Positions 1 to 14,730 are shown, counted from the first letter of the stretch. The stretch: 64,000 nt of DNA from Escherichia coli (GCF_003334255.1 NZ_QOWU01000002.1), one strand, 5' to 3'. The notes: generated from the letters alone by a model not told the origin. Numbers and translations: made by a program.

Positions 1-50
1 TGCGCCGGTGCACCCGTTGCCGCTACCGCATCAGAAATAAAAAAGCTCAT
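1..50 (-). CDS. yajC: Preprotein translocase subunit YajC, N-terminal fragment; gene runs off the window start
   Basis: Minus-strand ATG at 48-50 with GAGGG SD; reads MSFFISDAVAATGAPA, matching the YajC N-terminus; lies 22 bp downstream of tgt. Confidence 0.8.
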   Translation of the reverse strand, partial: MSFFISDAVAATGAPA

Positions 51-72
51 TAAATTTCCCTCATTATTAATA

Positions 73-1215
<1,143 letters not shown>

Positions 1216-1255
1216 TCAGAAAAACAGTCCAACGTTTTAAACCAGCGCCGCGGAA

Positions 1256-2326
1256 TTACTCCCCGACGCGCTCATTAATTGCCTGCGGATTGTACGTGAT
1301 AAACATCGCATCACCGTAACTAAAAAAGCGATATTTCTCTTCTACCGCTGCTTTATAGGCGTTCATGGTGTGTTGATAACCGGCAAAGGCCGAAACCAGC
1401 ATAATCAGCGTCGACTCTGGCAAGTGGAAGTTCGTCACCAGCGCATCGACCACTTTGTACTGGAAGCCCGGATAGATAAAGATTTGGGTATCGTCGAAGA
1501 ACGGTTCAATGAGATCGTTTTTCGCTGCCTGAGCCGCGCTTTCCAGCGAACGGACTGAAGTGGTGCCAACCGCAATCACCCGGTTACCGCGCGCTTTCGC
1601 CGCCAGTACCGCGTCTACCACATCCTGCGGTACTTCAGCGTATTCCGAGTGCATGATGTGATCTTCAATGGTGTCGACGCGCACCGGCTGGAAGGTGCCC
1701 GCACCAACGTGCAACGTCACAAACGCCATCTCCACGCCTTTGGCGCGCAATTTTTCCAGCAAAGGCTCGTCAAAATGCAGACCTGCGGTCGGGGCTGCAA
1801 CCGCGCCCGGTTTTTCGCTATAAACGGTTTGATAAAGTTCGCGGTCAGCGTCTTCGTCCGGACGGTCGATATACGGCGGCAGCGGCATATGGCCGATGCT
1901 GTTGAGAATATCCAGCACCGAGCGTTCATCATTAAATTCGACTTCAAACAGTGCGCCGTGGCGCGCGGTCATTGTTGCGTTAATACTTTCGTCATCGCCC
2001 AGCAGCAGTTCTGCGCCAGGTTTTGGCGCTTTCGAGGCGCGAATATGCGCAAGAATGCGTTTGTCGTCGAGCATCCGTTCAACCAGCACTTCAATCTTGC
2101 CGCCGCTGGCTTTACGCCCAAACAGGCGCGCCGGGATCACGCGGGTATTATTAAAAACCAGAAGATCGCCGGGGTTGAGCTTATCAAGTAAATCGGTGAA
2201 AGTACCGTGCGTCAGCGCGCCCGTCGGCCCGTCCAGCGACAGTAAACGACAGCTACTGCGTTCAGGCATGGGATAGTGGGCAATCAGGGATTCGGGCAAT
2301 TCAAAGGAGAAATCGGTAACGCGCAT
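1256..2326 (-). CDS. queA: S-adenosylmethionine:tRNA ribosyltransferase-isomerase
   Basis: 356-aa [32 protein letters not shown]; immediately upstream of tgt. Confidence 0.96.
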
Positions 2327-2418
2327 GACACTGACTCAGACTAAAATAAGAGGCGGGTAGTCTAGTGCCGGGGCGCTCTCCCTGCAACCTTTACCCCCTT
2401 TTGGATAGAATATAATCG

Positions 2419-3000
2419 ATGAATTTTTTAGCTCACCTGCATTTAGCCCATCTCGCGGAAAGCTCGCTTTCCGGCAATTTACTGGCTGATTTCGTACGCG
2501 GAAATCCTGAAGAAAGTTTTCCGCCCGACGTCGTGGCTGGCATTCATATGCATCGACGTATCGACGTATTGACTGACAATCTGCCGGAAGTCCGCGAAGC
2601 ACGGGAGTGGTTTCGTAGTGAAACGCGCCGCGTTGCGCCTATTACGCTGGATGTCATGTGGGATCACTTTCTTTCCCGCCACTGGTCGCAGCTGTCGCCG
2701 GACTTTCCGCTACAGGAATTTGTCTGTTATGCCCGCGAGCAAGTGATGACGATTTTGCCGGACTCACCGCCACGTTTTATCAATCTGAACAATTACTTGT
2801 GGTCAGAGCAGTGGCTGGTGCGCTATCGCGATATGGATTTCATCCAGAACGTGTTAAACGGCATGGCAAGCCGCCGCCCACGTCTGGATGCCCTGCGTGA
2901 CTCCTGGTACGATTTAGACGCTCATTATGACGCCCTCGAAACCCGCTTCTGGCAGTTTTATCCGCGGATGATGGCGCAGGCGTCACGCAAGGCGTTATAA
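2419..3000 (+). CDS. acpH: Acyl carrier protein phosphodiesterase
   Basis: 193-aa [35 protein letters not shown]; divergent from queA. Confidence 0.93.
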   Translation: MNFLAHLHLAHLAESSLSGNLLADFVRGNPEESFPPDVVAGIHMHRRIDVLTDNLPEVREAREWFRSETRRVAPITLDVMWDHFLSRHWSQLSPDFPLQEFVCYAREQVMTILPDSPPRFINLNNYLWSEQWLVRYRDMDFIQNVLNGMASRRPRLDALRDSWYDLDAHYDALETRFWQFYPRMMAQASRKAL

Positions 3001-3004
3001 AACG

Positions 3005-4819
3005 TTAGTTCATCCATACCGTAGCCGAAATGGCAGGCAAAGCCAGAATCCCGTCAGTCAGTTGCCCATGCCCTTCTTTGCATTGCCATTGCACGGCATT
3101 GAGAAACGGTGACGCGGGTAGCACCACTTCACAGGCCTCGCCACGGTTGATTGCCACCAGTACACGTTGCTGATTCAGCACGCGGACAAATACCACCACG
3201 TTATCTTCCGCATACAGCACCTGACAGCCGCCATGACGTAGCGCCTGACTTTTCTTACGCAGCGCAATCATTCGCTGGTACAGCGCGAATAACGCCGTAT
3301 CCTGCTTTTCCACCTGCCAGGGGAACGGTTTACGGCAAAACGGATCGTTTTTGCCATCCAGTCCTACTTCATCACCGTAATAAATGCACGGTACACCAGG
3401 CCAGGTGAACAGCCAGACCACCGCCAGCGGCAGGCGCGCAATATCCCGACCGAGCAGCGTTTTAAATCGCGCAGTATCGTGGCTGTCGAGCTGATTAAAC
3501 ATACGTAATTGTTGTTGATGAGAAAGCCCTGCGCGGTAATTATCCATCCAGGCCATACAGGTTTGGGCATCAATTTGCTGCGGATCGTAAGAGATATCGG
3601 TATTGGCAAGAAATCCCCACAACGGGAATGTGAAGCCACGATAGTTCATGGCGGCATCTTCCACATCGGCCTGTAACCATTGCCGTGCATCGCCAAAATG
3701 TTCGCCGACAATATACGCTTCCGGCTGGGTTTCTTTCGCCGCTTCGGTGATCCCGGCAACGTGCTGCATATTATTGCGCGCCCCACCCGCCTCCCCCAGC
3801 ATATGCACCACATCCAGCCGCCAGCCGTCCATATTCCACGGCGCTTTCAGCCAGTGGCGGACAATACTGTCTTCCCCGCGATAAATTTCATTCACCAGAC
3901 TTTCCGACTGATAATCCAGCTTCGGCAAGCTGGCATAGCCAAGCCAGTCGAGCGCCGTGCCATCATCACTAAACGAGTACCAGTCGCGCCAGGGCGATTC
4001 GGGGTTGTGACAAGCACCACCCGTGCCACGATTATGCCTGTCAAACCAGGCATGGGAATCGCCACTGTGGTTAAACACGCCGTCCAGCACCAGCCGCATT
4101 CCCAGCTGCTGCGTATTGTGTCGCAAACGCAGCAACGCCCCATCACCGCCAAACTGCGGATCGACATGGCGATAATCCTCGGTATCGTATTTATGTACGC
4201 TGGGAGCTTTAAACACCGGATTGAGATACAGCGCTGTCACGCCAAGCTTTTTCAGATACGGCAGTTTTTCGCTTATCCCGTCCAGATCGCCGCCATAGAA
4301 CGTTGATCCGCCCGCCTGCGCCGTGACCGGTTCATCCCAGTCACGCAAGATGATCTCTTGTCCGGCTGCATGATGGTAATAGACATGATCCTGTTCAGCT
4401 TCACGAGGAAGACTACGCGCAAAACGATCAGGGAAGATCTGATAAAAAATCTGATCCGCAGCCCATTGTGGGCCGATATCCGGTACATCGACGGCAAACT
4501 GCTCCAGTCGTGCCGGCGGCATTCGGCTGAAGCCCTGCGGTGTAAACCAACGCTGGCGATCGTGCCACAGCAGTTTGAAACTGTAACGCCGCCGGGGTTG
4601 TCCGCTGGAGAGATCAATCGCCGCACGCCATGCGGTGACGCCAGGCTGCGGCTGACTGCGCTGCTTATGCATCGGTACTGACATTTCTTCGTTATCGTGT
4701 TCTGTACGCAGCATAATGCGCTGCGGTGGGTCTTCGCCCGTCAGCCACAGTGTAATGAGCAGTTGATCTTTGCTTTGTTTAACAAATGGGGGCACCGGCA
4801 GGTGCCATGCATTTAACAT
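3005..4819 (-). CDS. malZ: Maltodextrin glucosidase
   Basis: ORF of 605 aa beginning [18 protein letters not shown]; glycoside hydrolase family 13 features; start taken at the second ATG (604 aa), the first ATG at 4822 is also possible. Confidence 0.93.
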
Positions 4820-4977
4820 CATAATTCCCCTGTGATGAAAATCTGATCACCTTGCCATAGCCTAATGCAGGATCACTCATCATCTGAAGGATATTTGGGG
4901 GAGGAGGACGGGGGCGGATAACTTTCGGAATAGCCGGATCAGGATTTCCTCCTGAACCGGCTTACAGAACGCAAGGA

Positions 4978-6351
4978 TTACTGGTTTTCAGCCAGCTGAC
5001 GATCGTGGCGGCGTTTAAACATCCAGCCAATCAACAGCACAACAATCCACGCGAAACCGACATACAGCGAGATACGCGTATCCGGGTGATAACCAATCAA
5101 CCCGATAATAAAGAGCAGGAAAATCAGCCCGCCGATGGTCGTTGCTACCCCACCCGGCACTTTAAATTTCAGCGCCTTAACTTCTTCTGGCGGCAAACGG
5201 CGACGGAAGGCAATTTGCGACAGCAGGATCATAATCCACACCCACACCGTGGCGAAGGTTGCCAGCGAAGCGATCACCAGGAAGACGTTTTCCGGCATGA
5301 TGTAGTTCAGATACACCGCAAACAGCAGCGCGGTAGTCATCACCAGCACCGTAACCCACGGAATACCGCGACGCGACGTTTTGCTGAAAATTTTCGGCGC
5401 GCTGCCCTGCTCTGCCATACCGTGGAGCATACGGCCTACGCCAAATACATCACTGTTAATTGCCGACAGCGAAGCAGTCAGCACAACAAAGTTAAGAATG
5501 CTGGCGGCAAAGGTAATGCCCATATGCTGGAACGTCAGCACGAACGGGCTACCGGCAGTGCCAACCTGATTCCACGGGTAGATAGACATAATGACGAACA
5601 GCGTACCGACGTAGAACACCAGAATACGCATCGGCACGGAGTTAATCGCACGCGGTATCGATTTCTCAGGATCTTTCGCTTCACCGGCGGTAATCCCGAT
5701 AATTTCGATCCCACCGTAAGCAAACATCACCATTTGCAACGACATTACCATGCCAAGCCAGCCGTTACTGAAGAAGCCGCCGTTGCTCCACAGGTTATGA
5801 ATACCGGTCGGTTGCCCGCCGTTGCCAATCCCCCAGATGATGATGCCGAAACCGGCGACAATCATGATGATGATGGTGGCGACTTTAAAGAACGAGAACC
5901 AGAATTCCAGCTCACCGAATACCTTCACGCTCATCAGGTTTACGGCGCAAATGATCAGCACCACGCTCAGTACCCAAATCCAGTGCGGCACCGTCGGGAA
6001 CCAGACACCCATATAGATACCAAAAGCGGTCACATCGGCGATGGCGACAATAAGGATTTCAAAGCAGTAGGTCCAGCCGGTAATGTAACCTGCCAGCGGG
6101 CCGAGGTTTTCCTGCGCATAACGCGAGAAAGAGCTGGCGGCCGGGTTATGTACCGACATTTCCCCCAGCGCACGCATAATGATATACGCCGCGATACCAC
6201 CGATAATATAGGCCAACAACACGCTCGGACCGGCCATTTTGATGGCGTCTGCCGAACCGTAAAACAGCCCGGTGCCAATTGCTGAACCCAGTGCCATAAA
6301 GCGTATGTGGCGGGTACTTAGCCCACGCTTTAGCTTGTTCTTACTTTCCAT
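4978..6351 (-). CDS. proY: Proline-specific permease (APC family amino acid transporter)
   Basis: Track ORF begins at TTG 6354; ATG one codon downstream gives 457 aa, [30 protein letters not shown]. Confidence 0.94.
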   Translation of the reverse strand: MESKNKLKRGLSTRHIRFMALGSAIGTGLFYGSADAIKMAGPSVLLAYIIGGIAAYIIMRALGEMSVHNPAASSFSRYAQENLGPLAGYITGWTYCFEILIVAIADVTAFGIYMGVWFPTVPHWIWVLSVVLIICAVNLMSVKVFGELEFWFSFFKVATIIIMIVAGFGIIIWGIGNGGQPTGIHNLWSNGGFFSNGWLGMVMSLQMVMFAYGGIEIIGITAGEAKDPEKSIPRAINSVPMRILVFYVGTLFVIMSIYPWNQVGTAGSPFVLTFQHMGITFAASILNFVVLTASLSAINSDVFGVGRMLHGMAEQGSAPKIFSKTSRRGIPWVTVLVMTTALLFAVYLNYIMPENVFLVIASLATFATVWVWIMILLSQIAFRRRLPPEEVKALKFKVPGGVATTIGGLIFLLFIIGLIGYHPDTRISLYVGFAWIVVLLIGWMFKRRHDRQLAENQ

Positions 6352-6426
6352 CAATTCCTAACCCATCAACACAATAAAAAACCACGGGGCATCGCAGCCC
6401 CGTGGTTAAAACAAATGTTCAGTGAT

Positions 6427-7746
6427 TTAGTGAGCGCTGGAGGTCACCTGACGACCTGCCGCGCGATCCCAGATAATGGCCAGAACCACCATCACCACTG
6501 TTGGCATTAACCACGCCAGACCTTGTTCGGCCAGCGGTAAACGCTGCGCCCAGGACGGTAAGATATCGCTGAATGCAGATGCTTTGATCCCGTCGAGAAT
6601 ACCAAAAAGCAGGCTGATAAACATCGGCGGAGCAATCACGCGGGACGAATTATGCCACCATGAGCGTGTAAAACTTAATACAACCAGTGCGATACACGGC
6701 GGATAAATAGCGGTCAGCACCGGTACGGAGATCTGGATCAGCTGGCTTAAGCCGAGGTTAGAAACCACCATCGAGAAGCCGCCGAGGATAAACACCAGCG
6801 TACGATAAGAGAGCGGTACGTACTGGGCAAAGAATTCTGCACAAGCACAGGTCAGGCCAACTGCCGTTACCAGGCAGGCGATGAAGATTAACGCCGCCAG
6901 CAGGAAGCTACCGCCGCCGCCAAAGGTGTGCTGAACGTAAGCATGCAGAATAGCAGCGCCGTTTGCAGACTGATCGACCAGCGACGCGCTGTCTGACCCC
7001 AGACGGAACAGCGCCAGGTACAGCAGAGTCAGACCAACACCCGCCATCAGGCCAGCCCAGACGGTATAACGGGTCAGCAGACGCGCTTCGGTAACGCCAC
7101 GAGAACGCGCCGCGTTAACAATAACGATACCAAACACCATTGCGCCCAGCGTATCCATGGTCAGATAGCCGTTAACGAAGCCGTTAGAAAACGCAGCGTT
7201 TTGATAAGCCTCAGTCGCCGTGCTGATAGAACCCGCCGGCCAGACAATAGCGGCAACAGACAGGATGACCAGCGCGATAATTTTCAGCGGCGCAAGGAAG
7301 TTGCCCACGGTATCCAGCAGCTTGCCCGGATAGAGCGAAACCAGAATAACGATAGCGAAATAGACCAGGCTGTAGATAAACAGCGGCAGCGCGGAATCAC
7401 CCGTCAGCGGCGCAATCCCCACTTCAAAGGAAACGGTAGCTGTACGCGGCGTAGCGAAAAGCGGCCCCACCGCCAGGTAACAAACCGTTGCCAGCAGTAC
7501 GCCAGCGACTTTACCGATTGGCGTGCTGAGGCTGTCAACACCGCCGCCAACTTTTGCCAGCGCCACTACCGTTAATACCGGCAGGCCAACGGCAGTAATG
7601 AGGAAGCCGAATGCCGCAGTCCAGACGTGTTCGCCTGCCTGTAAGCCGACCATTGGAGGGAAAATAATGTTACCTGCGCCGACGAACAACGCAAATGTCA
7701 TAAAGCCCAGAGCGATGATATCGCGCGATCTTAATTGATGGGTCAT
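6427..7746 (-). CDS. brnQ: Branched-chain amino acid transport system II carrier (LIVCS family)
   Basis: 439-aa polytopic membrane [37 protein letters not shown]. Confidence 0.94.
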   Translation of the reverse strand: MTHQLRSRDIIALGFMTFALFVGAGNIIFPPMVGLQAGEHVWTAAFGFLITAVGLPVLTVVALAKVGGGVDSLSTPIGKVAGVLLATVCYLAVGPLFATPRTATVSFEVGIAPLTGDSALPLFIYSLVYFAIVILVSLYPGKLLDTVGNFLAPLKIIALVILSVAAIVWPAGSISTATEAYQNAAFSNGFVNGYLTMDTLGAMVFGIVIVNAARSRGVTEARLLTRYTVWAGLMAGVGLTLLYLALFRLGSDSASLVDQSANGAAILHAYVQHTFGGGGSFLLAALIFIACLVTAVGLTCACAEFFAQYVPLSYRTLVFILGGFSMVVSNLGLSQLIQISVPVLTAIYPPCIALVVLSFTRSWWHNSSRVIAPPMFISLLFGILDGIKASAFSDILPSWAQRLPLAEQGLAWLMPTVVMVVLAIIWDRAAGRQVTSSAH

Positions 7747-8093
7747 AAATCATACTGCCTGTGGATGTGGTGTTGTAACGTTAAATTTTTGTGCCAATCC
7801 CTGGGGATGATACAGCGGTATATTTAAACAATTTTAGCGGGAAATACTCCCAACCAGGCGCGGCGAAGAATAGTTTTTCGATTTACCGCGTTAATGCAGT
7901 CAGTATGACAGCACCTGAAGCGCAATTTAAACGCTTATAACGTTTTAAAGCAAGGAGGGATCTAAAAACCAGAGGTATATAGCGATAAGAAATCACCAAC
8001 CAGTATAAAACACTATTTCCGTGAAAAAGACATGGCTAATCATGCGAACAAAAAATCACCAACCGTTGTAAAATCTAACGCCCGTATTTTGAC

Positions 8094-8127
8094 TGCAAAG
8101 AAAATAAGCCAGCATCGACTGGCTTAT
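8094..8127 (-). terminator. Candidate rho-independent terminator of the phoBR operon
   Basis: Perfect 9-bp stem ATAAGCCAG/CTGGCTTAT with 6-nt loop, about 26 bp after the phoR stop, followed on the minus strand by TTTTCTTT. Confidence 0.55.
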
Positions 8128-8152
8128 GGCAATAAAAGATGACAAAGGCGGA

Positions 8153-9448
8153 TTAATCGCTGTTTTTGGCAATTAAACGTTCCGGGATAACAAAACTGAA
8201 ACGTGTTCCTTTTCCTACTGTACTCTCAATATTCAGGCGACTTTCGTGATGATTCACAGCATGTTTCACGATCGCTAACCCTAATCCGCTACCGCCGGTT
8301 TGCCGGGAACGCGCTTTATCAACGCGATAAAAACGCTCGGTCAGGCGCGGAATATGCTCCGGTGCAATGCCCGGTCCGTTATCTTCAACGCTAAATTCGG
8401 CACCGTGCGGCACTCGCTGCCAGCGTACGGTGATATGCGTGCCTTCCGGCGTATGATTCACGGCGTTATAGACCAGGTTCGAAATCGCACTGCGTAGCTG
8501 ATCTTCGTTGCCAGACACCTTGAGGCCGTTATCTATCTCAAAGGTAAATGTCTGTTTTTTCTGACTCAGAGTCTGAGCCTCGCGCTCAACAACGCGCAGC
8601 ATCATCGGCACATCAACCTTTTCATTGAGCAAATGCGTCGGTGCGGCTTCTATTTTCGACAGCGTCAGCAATTGCTTCACCAGTCCTTCCATCCGCTGGG
8701 TCTGCTCGCGCATGGTGTGCAACGCTTTTTCGCGTACCGCGCCTTCCAGCGGCTGCTCATTCATCATCTCCAGGTAACCCTGTAACACGGTCAATGGCGT
8801 ACGTAACTCATGGCTCACGTTGGCAAAAAAGTTACGCCGCGCCCCTTCCAGTTGATGCATTTGCGTGACATCACGCGCCACCATCAGCAACTGTTTGTGG
8901 GTATAAGGCATGACGCGAATTTCCAGATGCCACCCGGTGTTGAGCACCAGATTGAGCGGGCGAGAAAAATCACGCGTTTTCAGATATTGCGTAAACTCCG
9001 GGTAACGCAGTAGGTTAAGGATGTTCTGCCCGTTATCTTCCGGCCAGCGCAAACCAAGAATTTGTTGCGCCAGACCGTTACACCAGAAAATACCGCCCTC
9101 TTCCGTGGTCAGCACCACCGCGTCGGGCAGCGACTCCGCGCCGCTACGAAAGCGTTTAATCAGATTGCCCAGTTCACGGCGGCGTTTTTTATTTCGCAGC
9201 TGCATCTGGTGTAAGCCGTATAGTAGCGGTTCCCAGCTACCACGCCCCGGTGGCGGGGTCATACTGCGATCCACCCACAGCCACCATGAAAGGCGCAATA
9301 AATTCCAGAAATGCCAGATAAGCAGTCCTGTTACCGATGCCAGCAAAAACCAGGGCAGGTAACCAAAAAATGCACCCAGGATGAAAGCCGGGAGGCAGCA
9401 AAGTAGCAGCTCCAGCACCAGCCTTTTCCACGACAGCCGTTCCAGCAC
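8153..9448 (-). CDS. phoR: Phosphate regulon sensor histidine kinase
   Basis: 431-aa [21 protein letters not shown]; H-box SHELRTPL and HATPase region; directly downstream of phoB. Confidence 0.96.
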   Translation of the reverse strand: MLERLSWKRLVLELLLCCLPAFILGAFFGYLPWFLLASVTGLLIWHFWNLLRLSWWLWVDRSMTPPPGRGSWEPLLYGLHQMQLRNKKRRRELGNLIKRFRSGAESLPDAVVLTTEEGGIFWCNGLAQQILGLRWPEDNGQNILNLLRYPEFTQYLKTRDFSRPLNLVLNTGWHLEIRVMPYTHKQLLMVARDVTQMHQLEGARRNFFANVSHELRTPLTVLQGYLEMMNEQPLEGAVREKALHTMREQTQRMEGLVKQLLTLSKIEAAPTHLLNEKVDVPMMLRVVEREAQTLSQKKQTFTFEIDNGLKVSGNEDQLRSAISNLVYNAVNHTPEGTHITVRWQRVPHGAEFSVEDNGPGIAPEHIPRLTERFYRVDKARSRQTGGSGLGLAIVKHAVNHHESRLNIESTVGKGTRFSFVIPERLIAKNSD

Positions 9449-9505
9449 GTAAGATACTCCAGTTAAGAAATCATAAGCCCTGCTCTGCGTCCGATGAGCA
9501 AGGCG

Positions 9506-10195
9506 TTAAAAGCGGGTTGAAAAACGATATCCTGTACCGCGCACGGTCTGCACCATGCGGTCATGCCCGCCGGGCTCCAGTGCTTTACGCAGGCGACGAA
9601 TGTGGACATCGACCGTGCGGTCTTCCACATACACGTTAGTTCCCCAGACGTGGTTTAACAGCTGCTCGCGGCTGTACACGCGCTCAGGATGCGTCATAAA
9701 AAAGTGCAGCAGTTTAAATTCTGTCGGCCCCATCTCCAGCGGCTCTTCGCCCGCCATCACTCGGTGAGATGTCGGGTCGAGACTTAATCCCTGCATCTCA
9801 ATCACCTCTTCCACCGCCATTGGCGAAATACGGCGCATTACCGCTTTGATTCGCGCCACCAGCTCCTTCGGCGAAAACGGCTTGGTGATATAGTCATCCG
9901 CGCCGGTTTCAAGGCCGCGCACGCGATCTTCTTCTTCCCCTCTGGCGGTCAACATCACCACTGGAATATCCCGGGTCATCGACTCGCGCTTGAGGTGTTT
10001 GATGAACTGGATACCGGAGCCGCCAGGTAACATCCAGTCAAGGAGAATTAAATCCGGCCAGGGTTCATTCAGTTGATTCACAGCACTGTCATAATCTTCC
10101 GCTTCGACCGGCTGAAAGCCATTTTGTTCGAGCACGAAGCAGACCATTTCGCGAATTGGAGCTTCATCTTCTACGACCAGAATACGTCTCGCCAT
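9506..10195 (-). CDS. phoB: Phosphate regulon response regulator (OmpR family)
   Basis: 229-aa [30 protein letters not shown]; receiver domain plus winged-helix C-terminus. Confidence 0.96.
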
Positions 10196-10248
10196 GATTT
10201 GCCCTGTTGTAATAAATAGGTTGCGATCATTAATGCGACGTCATTATG

Positions 10249-10278
10249 CGTCAGATTTATGACAGATTTATGAAAAGC
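10249..10278 (-). promoter_or_regulatory. Pho box of the phoB promoter (PhoB~P binding site)
   Basis: Minus strand reads CTTTTCATAAATCTGTCATAAATCTGAC: two direct 7-bp CTGTCAT-like repeats on 11-bp spacing, about 60-90 bp upstream of the phoB ATG. Confidence 0.7.
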
Positions 10279-10384
10279 TCGTCGCACATATCTTCAGGTT
10301 ATTGATTTCCGTGGCGCAGAAAAAAGCAAATGGCACATCTGTTTGGGTATAATCGCGCCCATGCTTTTTCGCCAGGGAACCGTT

Positions 10385-11587
10385 ATGCGCATCCTTCACA
10401 CCTCAGACTGGCATCTCGGCCAGAACTTCTACAGTAAAAGCCGCGAAGCTGAACATCAGGCTTTTCTTGACTGGCTGCTGGAGACAGCACAAACCCATCA
10501 GGTGGATGCGATTATTGTTGCCGGTGATGTTTTCGATACCGGCTCGCCGCCCAGTTACGCCCGCACGTTATACAACCGTTTTGTTGTCAATTTACAGCAA
10601 ACTGGCTGTCATCTGGTGGTACTGGCAGGAAACCATGACTCGGTCGCCACGCTGAATGAATCGCGCGATATCATGGCGTTCCTCAATACTACCGTGGTCG
10701 CCAGCGCCGGACATGCGCCGCAAATCTTGCCTCGTCGCGACGGGACGCCAGGCGCAGTGCTGTGCCCCATTCCGTTTTTACGTCCGCGTGACATTATTAC
10801 CAGCCAGGCGGGGCTTAACGGTATTGAAAAACAGCAGCATTTACTGGCAGCGATTACCGATTATTACCAACAACACTATGCCGATGCCTGCAAACTGCGC
10901 GGCGATCAGCCTCTGCCCATCATCGCCACGGGACATTTAACGACCGTGGGGGCCAGTAAAAGTGACGCCGTGCGTGACATTTATATTGGCACGCTGGACG
11001 CGTTTCCGGCACAAAACTTTCCACCAGCCGACTACATCGCGCTCGGGCATATTCACCGCGCACAGATTATTGGCGGCATGGAACATGTTCGCTATTGCGG
11101 CTCCCCCATTCCACTGAGTTTTGATGAATGCGGTAAGAGTAAATATGTCCATCTGGTGACATTTTCAAACGGCAAATTAGAGAGCGTGGAAAACCTGAAC
11201 GTACCGGTAACGCAACCCATGGCAGTGCTGAAAGGCGATCTGGCGTCGATTACCGCACAGCTGGAACAGTGGCGCGATGTATCGCAGGAGCCACCTGTCT
11301 GGCTGGATATCGAAATCACTACTGATGAGTATCTGCATGATATTCAGCGCAAAATCCAGGCATTAACCGAATCATTGCCTGTCGAAGTATTGCTGGTACG
11401 TCGGAGTCGTGAACAGCGCGAGCGTGTGTTAGCCAGCCAACAGCGTGAAACCCTCAGCGAACTCAGCGTCGAAGAGGTGTTCAATCGCCGTCTGGCACTG
11501 GAAGAACTGGATGAATCGCAGCAGCAACGTCTGCAGCATCTTTTCACCACGACGTTGCATACCCTCGCCGGAGAACACGAAGCATGA
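10385..11587 (+). CDS. sbcD: SbcCD nuclease subunit D (Mre11-like phosphoesterase)
   Basis: Track ORF starts at TTG 10343; in-frame ATG at 10385 gives 400 aa, [21 protein letters not shown] (calcineurin-like phosphoesterase motifs); 4-bp ATGA overlap with sbcC. Confidence 0.93.
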   Translation: MRILHTSDWHLGQNFYSKSREAEHQAFLDWLLETAQTHQVDAIIVAGDVFDTGSPPSYARTLYNRFVVNLQQTGCHLVVLAGNHDSVATLNESRDIMAFLNTTVVASAGHAPQILPRRDGTPGAVLCPIPFLRPRDIITSQAGLNGIEKQQHLLAAITDYYQQHYADACKLRGDQPLPIIATGHLTTVGASKSDAVRDIYIGTLDAFPAQNFPPADYIALGHIHRAQIIGGMEHVRYCGSPIPLSFDECGKSKYVHLVTFSNGKLESVENLNVPVTQPMAVLKGDLASITAQLEQWRDVSQEPPVWLDIEITTDEYLHDIQRKIQALTESLPVEVLLVRRSREQRERVLASQQRETLSELSVEEVFNRRLALEELDESQQQRLQHLFTTTLHTLAGEHEA

Positions 11588-14500
11588 AAATTCTCAGCCT
11601 GCGCCTGAAAAACCTGAACTCATTAAAAGGCGAATGGAAGATTGATTTCACCCGCGAGCCGTTCGCCAGCAACGGGCTGTTTGCTATTACCGGCCCAACA
11701 GGTGCGGGGAAAACCACCCTGCTGGACGCCATTTGTCTGGCGCTGTATCACGAAACTCCGCGTCTCTCTAACGTTTCACAATCGCAAAATGATCTCATGA
11801 CCCGCGATACCGCCGAATGTCTGGCGGAGGTGGAGTTTGAAGTGAAAGGTGAAGCGTACCGTGCATTCTGGAGCCAGAATCGGGCGCGTAACCAACCCGA
11901 CGGTAATTTGCAGGTGCCACGCGTAGAGCTGGCGCGCTGCGCCGACGGCAAAATTCTCGCCGACAAAGTGAAAGATAAGCTGGAACTGACAGCGACGTTA
12001 ACCGGGCTGGATTACGGGCGCTTCACCCGTTCGATGCTGCTTTCGCAGGGGCAATTTGCTGCCTTCCTGAATGCCAAACCCAAAGAACGCGCGGAATTGC
12101 TCGAGGAGTTAACCGGCACTGAAATCTACGGGCAAATCTCGGCGATGGTTTTTGAGCAGCACAAATCGGCCCGCACAGAGCTGGAGAAGCTGCAAGCGCA
12201 GGCCAGCGGCGTCACGTTGCTCACGCCGGAACAAGTGCAATCGCTGACAGCGAGTTTGCAGGTACTTACTGACGAAGAAAAACAGTTAATTACCGCGCAG
12301 CAGCAAGAACAACAATCGCTAAACTGGTTAACGCGTCAGGACGAATTGCAGCAAGAAGCCAGCCGCCGTCAGCAGGCCTTGCAACAGGCGTTAGCCGAAG
12401 AAGAAAAAGCGCAACCTCAACTGGCGGCGCTTAGTCTGGCACAACCGGCACGAAATCTTCGTCCACACTGGGAACGCATCGCAGAACACAGCGCGGCGCT
12501 GGCGCATATTCGCCAGCAGATTGAAGAAGTAAATACTCGCTTACAGAGCACAATGGCGCTTCGCGCGAGCATTCGCCACCACGCGGCGAAGCAGTCAGCA
12601 GAATTACAGCAGCAGCAACAAAGCCTGAATACCTGGTTACAGGAACACGACCGCTTCCGTCAGTGGAACAACGAACCGGCGGGTTGGCGTGCGCAGTTCT
12701 CCCAACAAACCAGCGATCGCGAGCATCTGCGGCAATGGCAGCAACAGTTAACCCATGCTGAGCAAAAACTTAATGCGCTTGCGGCGATCACGTTGACGTT
12801 AACCGCCGATGAAGTTGCTACCGCCCTGGCGCAACATGCTGAGCAACGCCCACTGCGTCAGCACCTGGTCGCGCTGCATGGACAGATTGTTCCCCAACAA
12901 AAACGTCTGGCGCAGTTACAGGTCGCTATCCAGAATGTCACGCAAGAACAGACGCAACGTAACGCCGCACTTAACGAAATGCGCCAGCGTTATAAAGAAA
13001 AGACGCAGCAACTTGCCGATGTGAAAACCATTTGCGAGCAGGAAGCGCGCATCAAAACGCTGGAAGCTCAACGTGCACAGTTACAGGCGGGTCAGCCTTG
13101 CCCACTTTGTGGTTCCACCAGCCACCCGGCGGTCGAGGCGTATCAGGCGCTGGAGCCTGGCGTTAATCAGTCTCGATTACTGGCGCTGGAAAACGAAGTT
13201 AAAAAGCTCGGTGAAGAAGGTGCGACGCTACGTGGGCAACTGGACGCCATAACAAAGCAGCTTCAGCGTGATGAAAACGAAGCGCAAAGCCTCCGACAAG
13301 ATGAGCAAGCACTTACTCAACAATGGCAAGCCGTCACGGCCAGCCTCAATATCACCTTGCAGCCACTGGACGATATTCAACCGTGGCTGGATGCACAAGA
13401 TGAGCACGAACGCCAGCTGCGGTTACTCAGCCAACGGCATGAATTACAAGGGCAGATTGCCGCGCATAATCAGCAAATTATCCAGTATCAACAGCAAATT
13501 GAACAACGCCAGCAACTACTTTTAACGACATTGACGGGTTATGCACTGACATTGCCACAGGAAGATGAAGAAGAGAGCTGGTTGGCGACACGTCAGCAAG
13601 AAGCGCAGAGCTGGCAGCAACGCCAGAACGAATTAACCGCGCTGCAAAACCGTATTCAGCAGCTGACGCCGATTCTGGAAACGTTGCCGCAAAGTGATGA
13701 ACTCCCGCACTGCGAAGAAACTGTGGTATTGGAAAACTGGCGGCAGGTACATGAACAATGTCTCGCATTACACAGCCAGCAGCAGACGTTACAGCAACAG
13801 GATGTTCTGGCGGCGCAAAGTCTGCAAAAAGCCCAGGCGCAGTTTGACACCGCGCTACAGGCCAGCGTCTTTGACGATCAGCAGGCGTTCCTTGCGGCGC
13901 TAATGGATGAACAAACACTAACGCAGCTGGAACAGCTCAAGCAGAATCTGGAAAACCAGCGCCGTCAGGCGCAAACTCTGGTCACTCAGACAGCAGAAAC
14001 GCTGGCACAGCATCAACAACACCGACCTGACGACGGGTTGGCTCTCACTGTGACGGTGGAGCAGATTCAGCAAGAGTTAGCGCAAACTCACCAAAAGTTG
14101 CGTGAAAACACCACGAGTCAAGGCGAGATTCGCCAGCAGCTGAAGCAGGATGCAGATAACCGTCAGCAACAACAAACCTTAATGCAGCAAATTGCTCAAA
14201 TGACGCAGCAGGTTGAGGACTGGGGATATCTGAATTCGCTAATAGGTTCCAAAGAGGGCGATAAATTCCGCAAGTTTGCCCAGGGGCTGACGCTGGATAA
14301 TTTAGTCCATCTCGCTAATCAGCAACTTACCCGGCTGCACGGGCGCTATCTGTTACAGCGCAAAGCCAGCGAGGCGCTGGAAGTCGAGGTTGTTGATACC
14401 TGGCAGGCAGATGCGGTACGCGATACCCGTACCCTTTCCGGCGGCGAAAGTTTCCTCGTTAGTCTGGCGCTGGCGCTGGCGCTTTCGGATCTGGTCAGCC

Positions 14501-14730
14501 ATAAAACACGTATTGACTCGCTGTTCCTTGATGAAGGTTTTGGCACGCTGGATAGCGAAACGCTGGATACCGCCCTTGATGCGCTGGATGCCCTGAACGC
14601 CAGTGGCAAAACCATCGGTGTGATTAGCCACGTAGAAGCGATGAAAGAGCGTATTCCGGTGCAGATCAAAGTGAAAAAGATCAACGGCCTGGGCTACAGC
14701 AAACTGGAAAGTACGTTTGCAGTGAAATAA
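11584..14730 (+). CDS. sbcC: SbcCD nuclease ATPase subunit C (Rad50-like SMC protein)
   Basis: 1048-aa ORF with N-terminal Walker [10 protein letters not shown], long Q/E/L-rich coiled coil with central CPLCG zinc hook, C-terminal signature/Walker B ([12 protein letters not shown]...[11 protein letters not shown]). Confidence 0.96.
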   Translation: MKILSLRLKNLNSLKGEWKIDFTREPFASNGLFAITGPTGAGKTTLLDAICLALYHETPRLSNVSQSQNDLMTRDTAECLAEVEFEVKGEAYRAFWSQNRARNQPDGNLQVPRVELARCADGKILADKVKDKLELTATLTGLDYGRFTRSMLLSQGQFAAFLNAKPKERAELLEELTGTEIYGQISAMVFEQHKSARTELEKLQAQASGVTLLTPEQVQSLTASLQVLTDEEKQLITAQQQEQQSLNWLTRQDELQQEASRRQQALQQALAEEEKAQPQLAALSLAQPARNLRPHWERIAEHSAALAHIRQQIEEVNTRLQSTMALRASIRHHAAKQSAELQQQQQSLNTWLQEHDRFRQWNNEPAGWRAQFSQQTSDREHLRQWQQQLTHAEQKLNALAAITLTLTADEVATALAQHAEQRPLRQHLVALHGQIVPQQKRLAQLQVAIQNVTQEQTQRNAALNEMRQRYKEKTQQLADVKTICEQEARIKTLEAQRAQLQAGQPCPLCGSTSHPAVEAYQALEPGVNQSRLLALENEVKKLGEEGATLRGQLDAITKQLQRDENEAQSLRQDEQALTQQWQAVTASLNITLQPLDDIQPWLDAQDEHERQLRLLSQRHELQGQIAAHNQQIIQYQQQIEQRQQLLLTTLTGYALTLPQEDEEESWLATRQQEAQSWQQRQNELTALQNRIQQLTPILETLPQSDELPHCEETVVLENWRQVHEQCLALHSQQQTLQQQDVLAAQSLQKAQAQFDTALQASVFDDQQAFLAALMDEQTLTQLEQLKQNLENQRRQAQTLVTQTAETLAQHQQHRPDDGLALTVTVEQIQQELAQTHQKLRENTTSQGEIRQQLKQDADNRQQQQTLMQQIAQMTQQVEDWGYLNSLIGSKEGDKFRKFAQGLTLDNLVHLANQQLTRLHGRYLLQRKASEALEVEVVDTWQADAVRDTRTLSGGESFLVSLALALALSDLVSHKTRIDSLFLDEGFGTLDSETLDTALDALDALNASGKTIGVISHVEAMKERIPVQIKVKKINGLGYSKLESTFAVK

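Noticed and set aside
5005-6285. 426-aa plus-strand ORF antisense to proY, and similar long antisense ORFs (32856-34376 opposite yaiT, 21498-22253 opposite proC, 52293-53273 opposite mhpC, 45152-45895 opposite frmA, 3680-4306 opposite malZ, 49814-50656 opposite mhpE)
   Set aside because: These are shadow ORFs on the strand opposite well-supported genes. Their translations are low-complexity, rich in R/H/Q or V/T, and lack recognisable motifs or start contexts.
10343-10384. TTG/GTG-extended N-termini proposed by the ORF track for sbcD, araJ (14772), mak (17229), rdgC (17144), yaiI (21591), proC (21483), phoA (25557), hemB (36208), tauA (40793), yaiL (47978), mhpT (49219), mhpC (53255), mhpR (55897), lacI (56912), lacA (62520)
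   Set aside because: In each case an internal start with an SD gives the protein length and N-terminus I recall for the characterised E. coli protein, and the extension would overlap the neighbouring gene or promoter.
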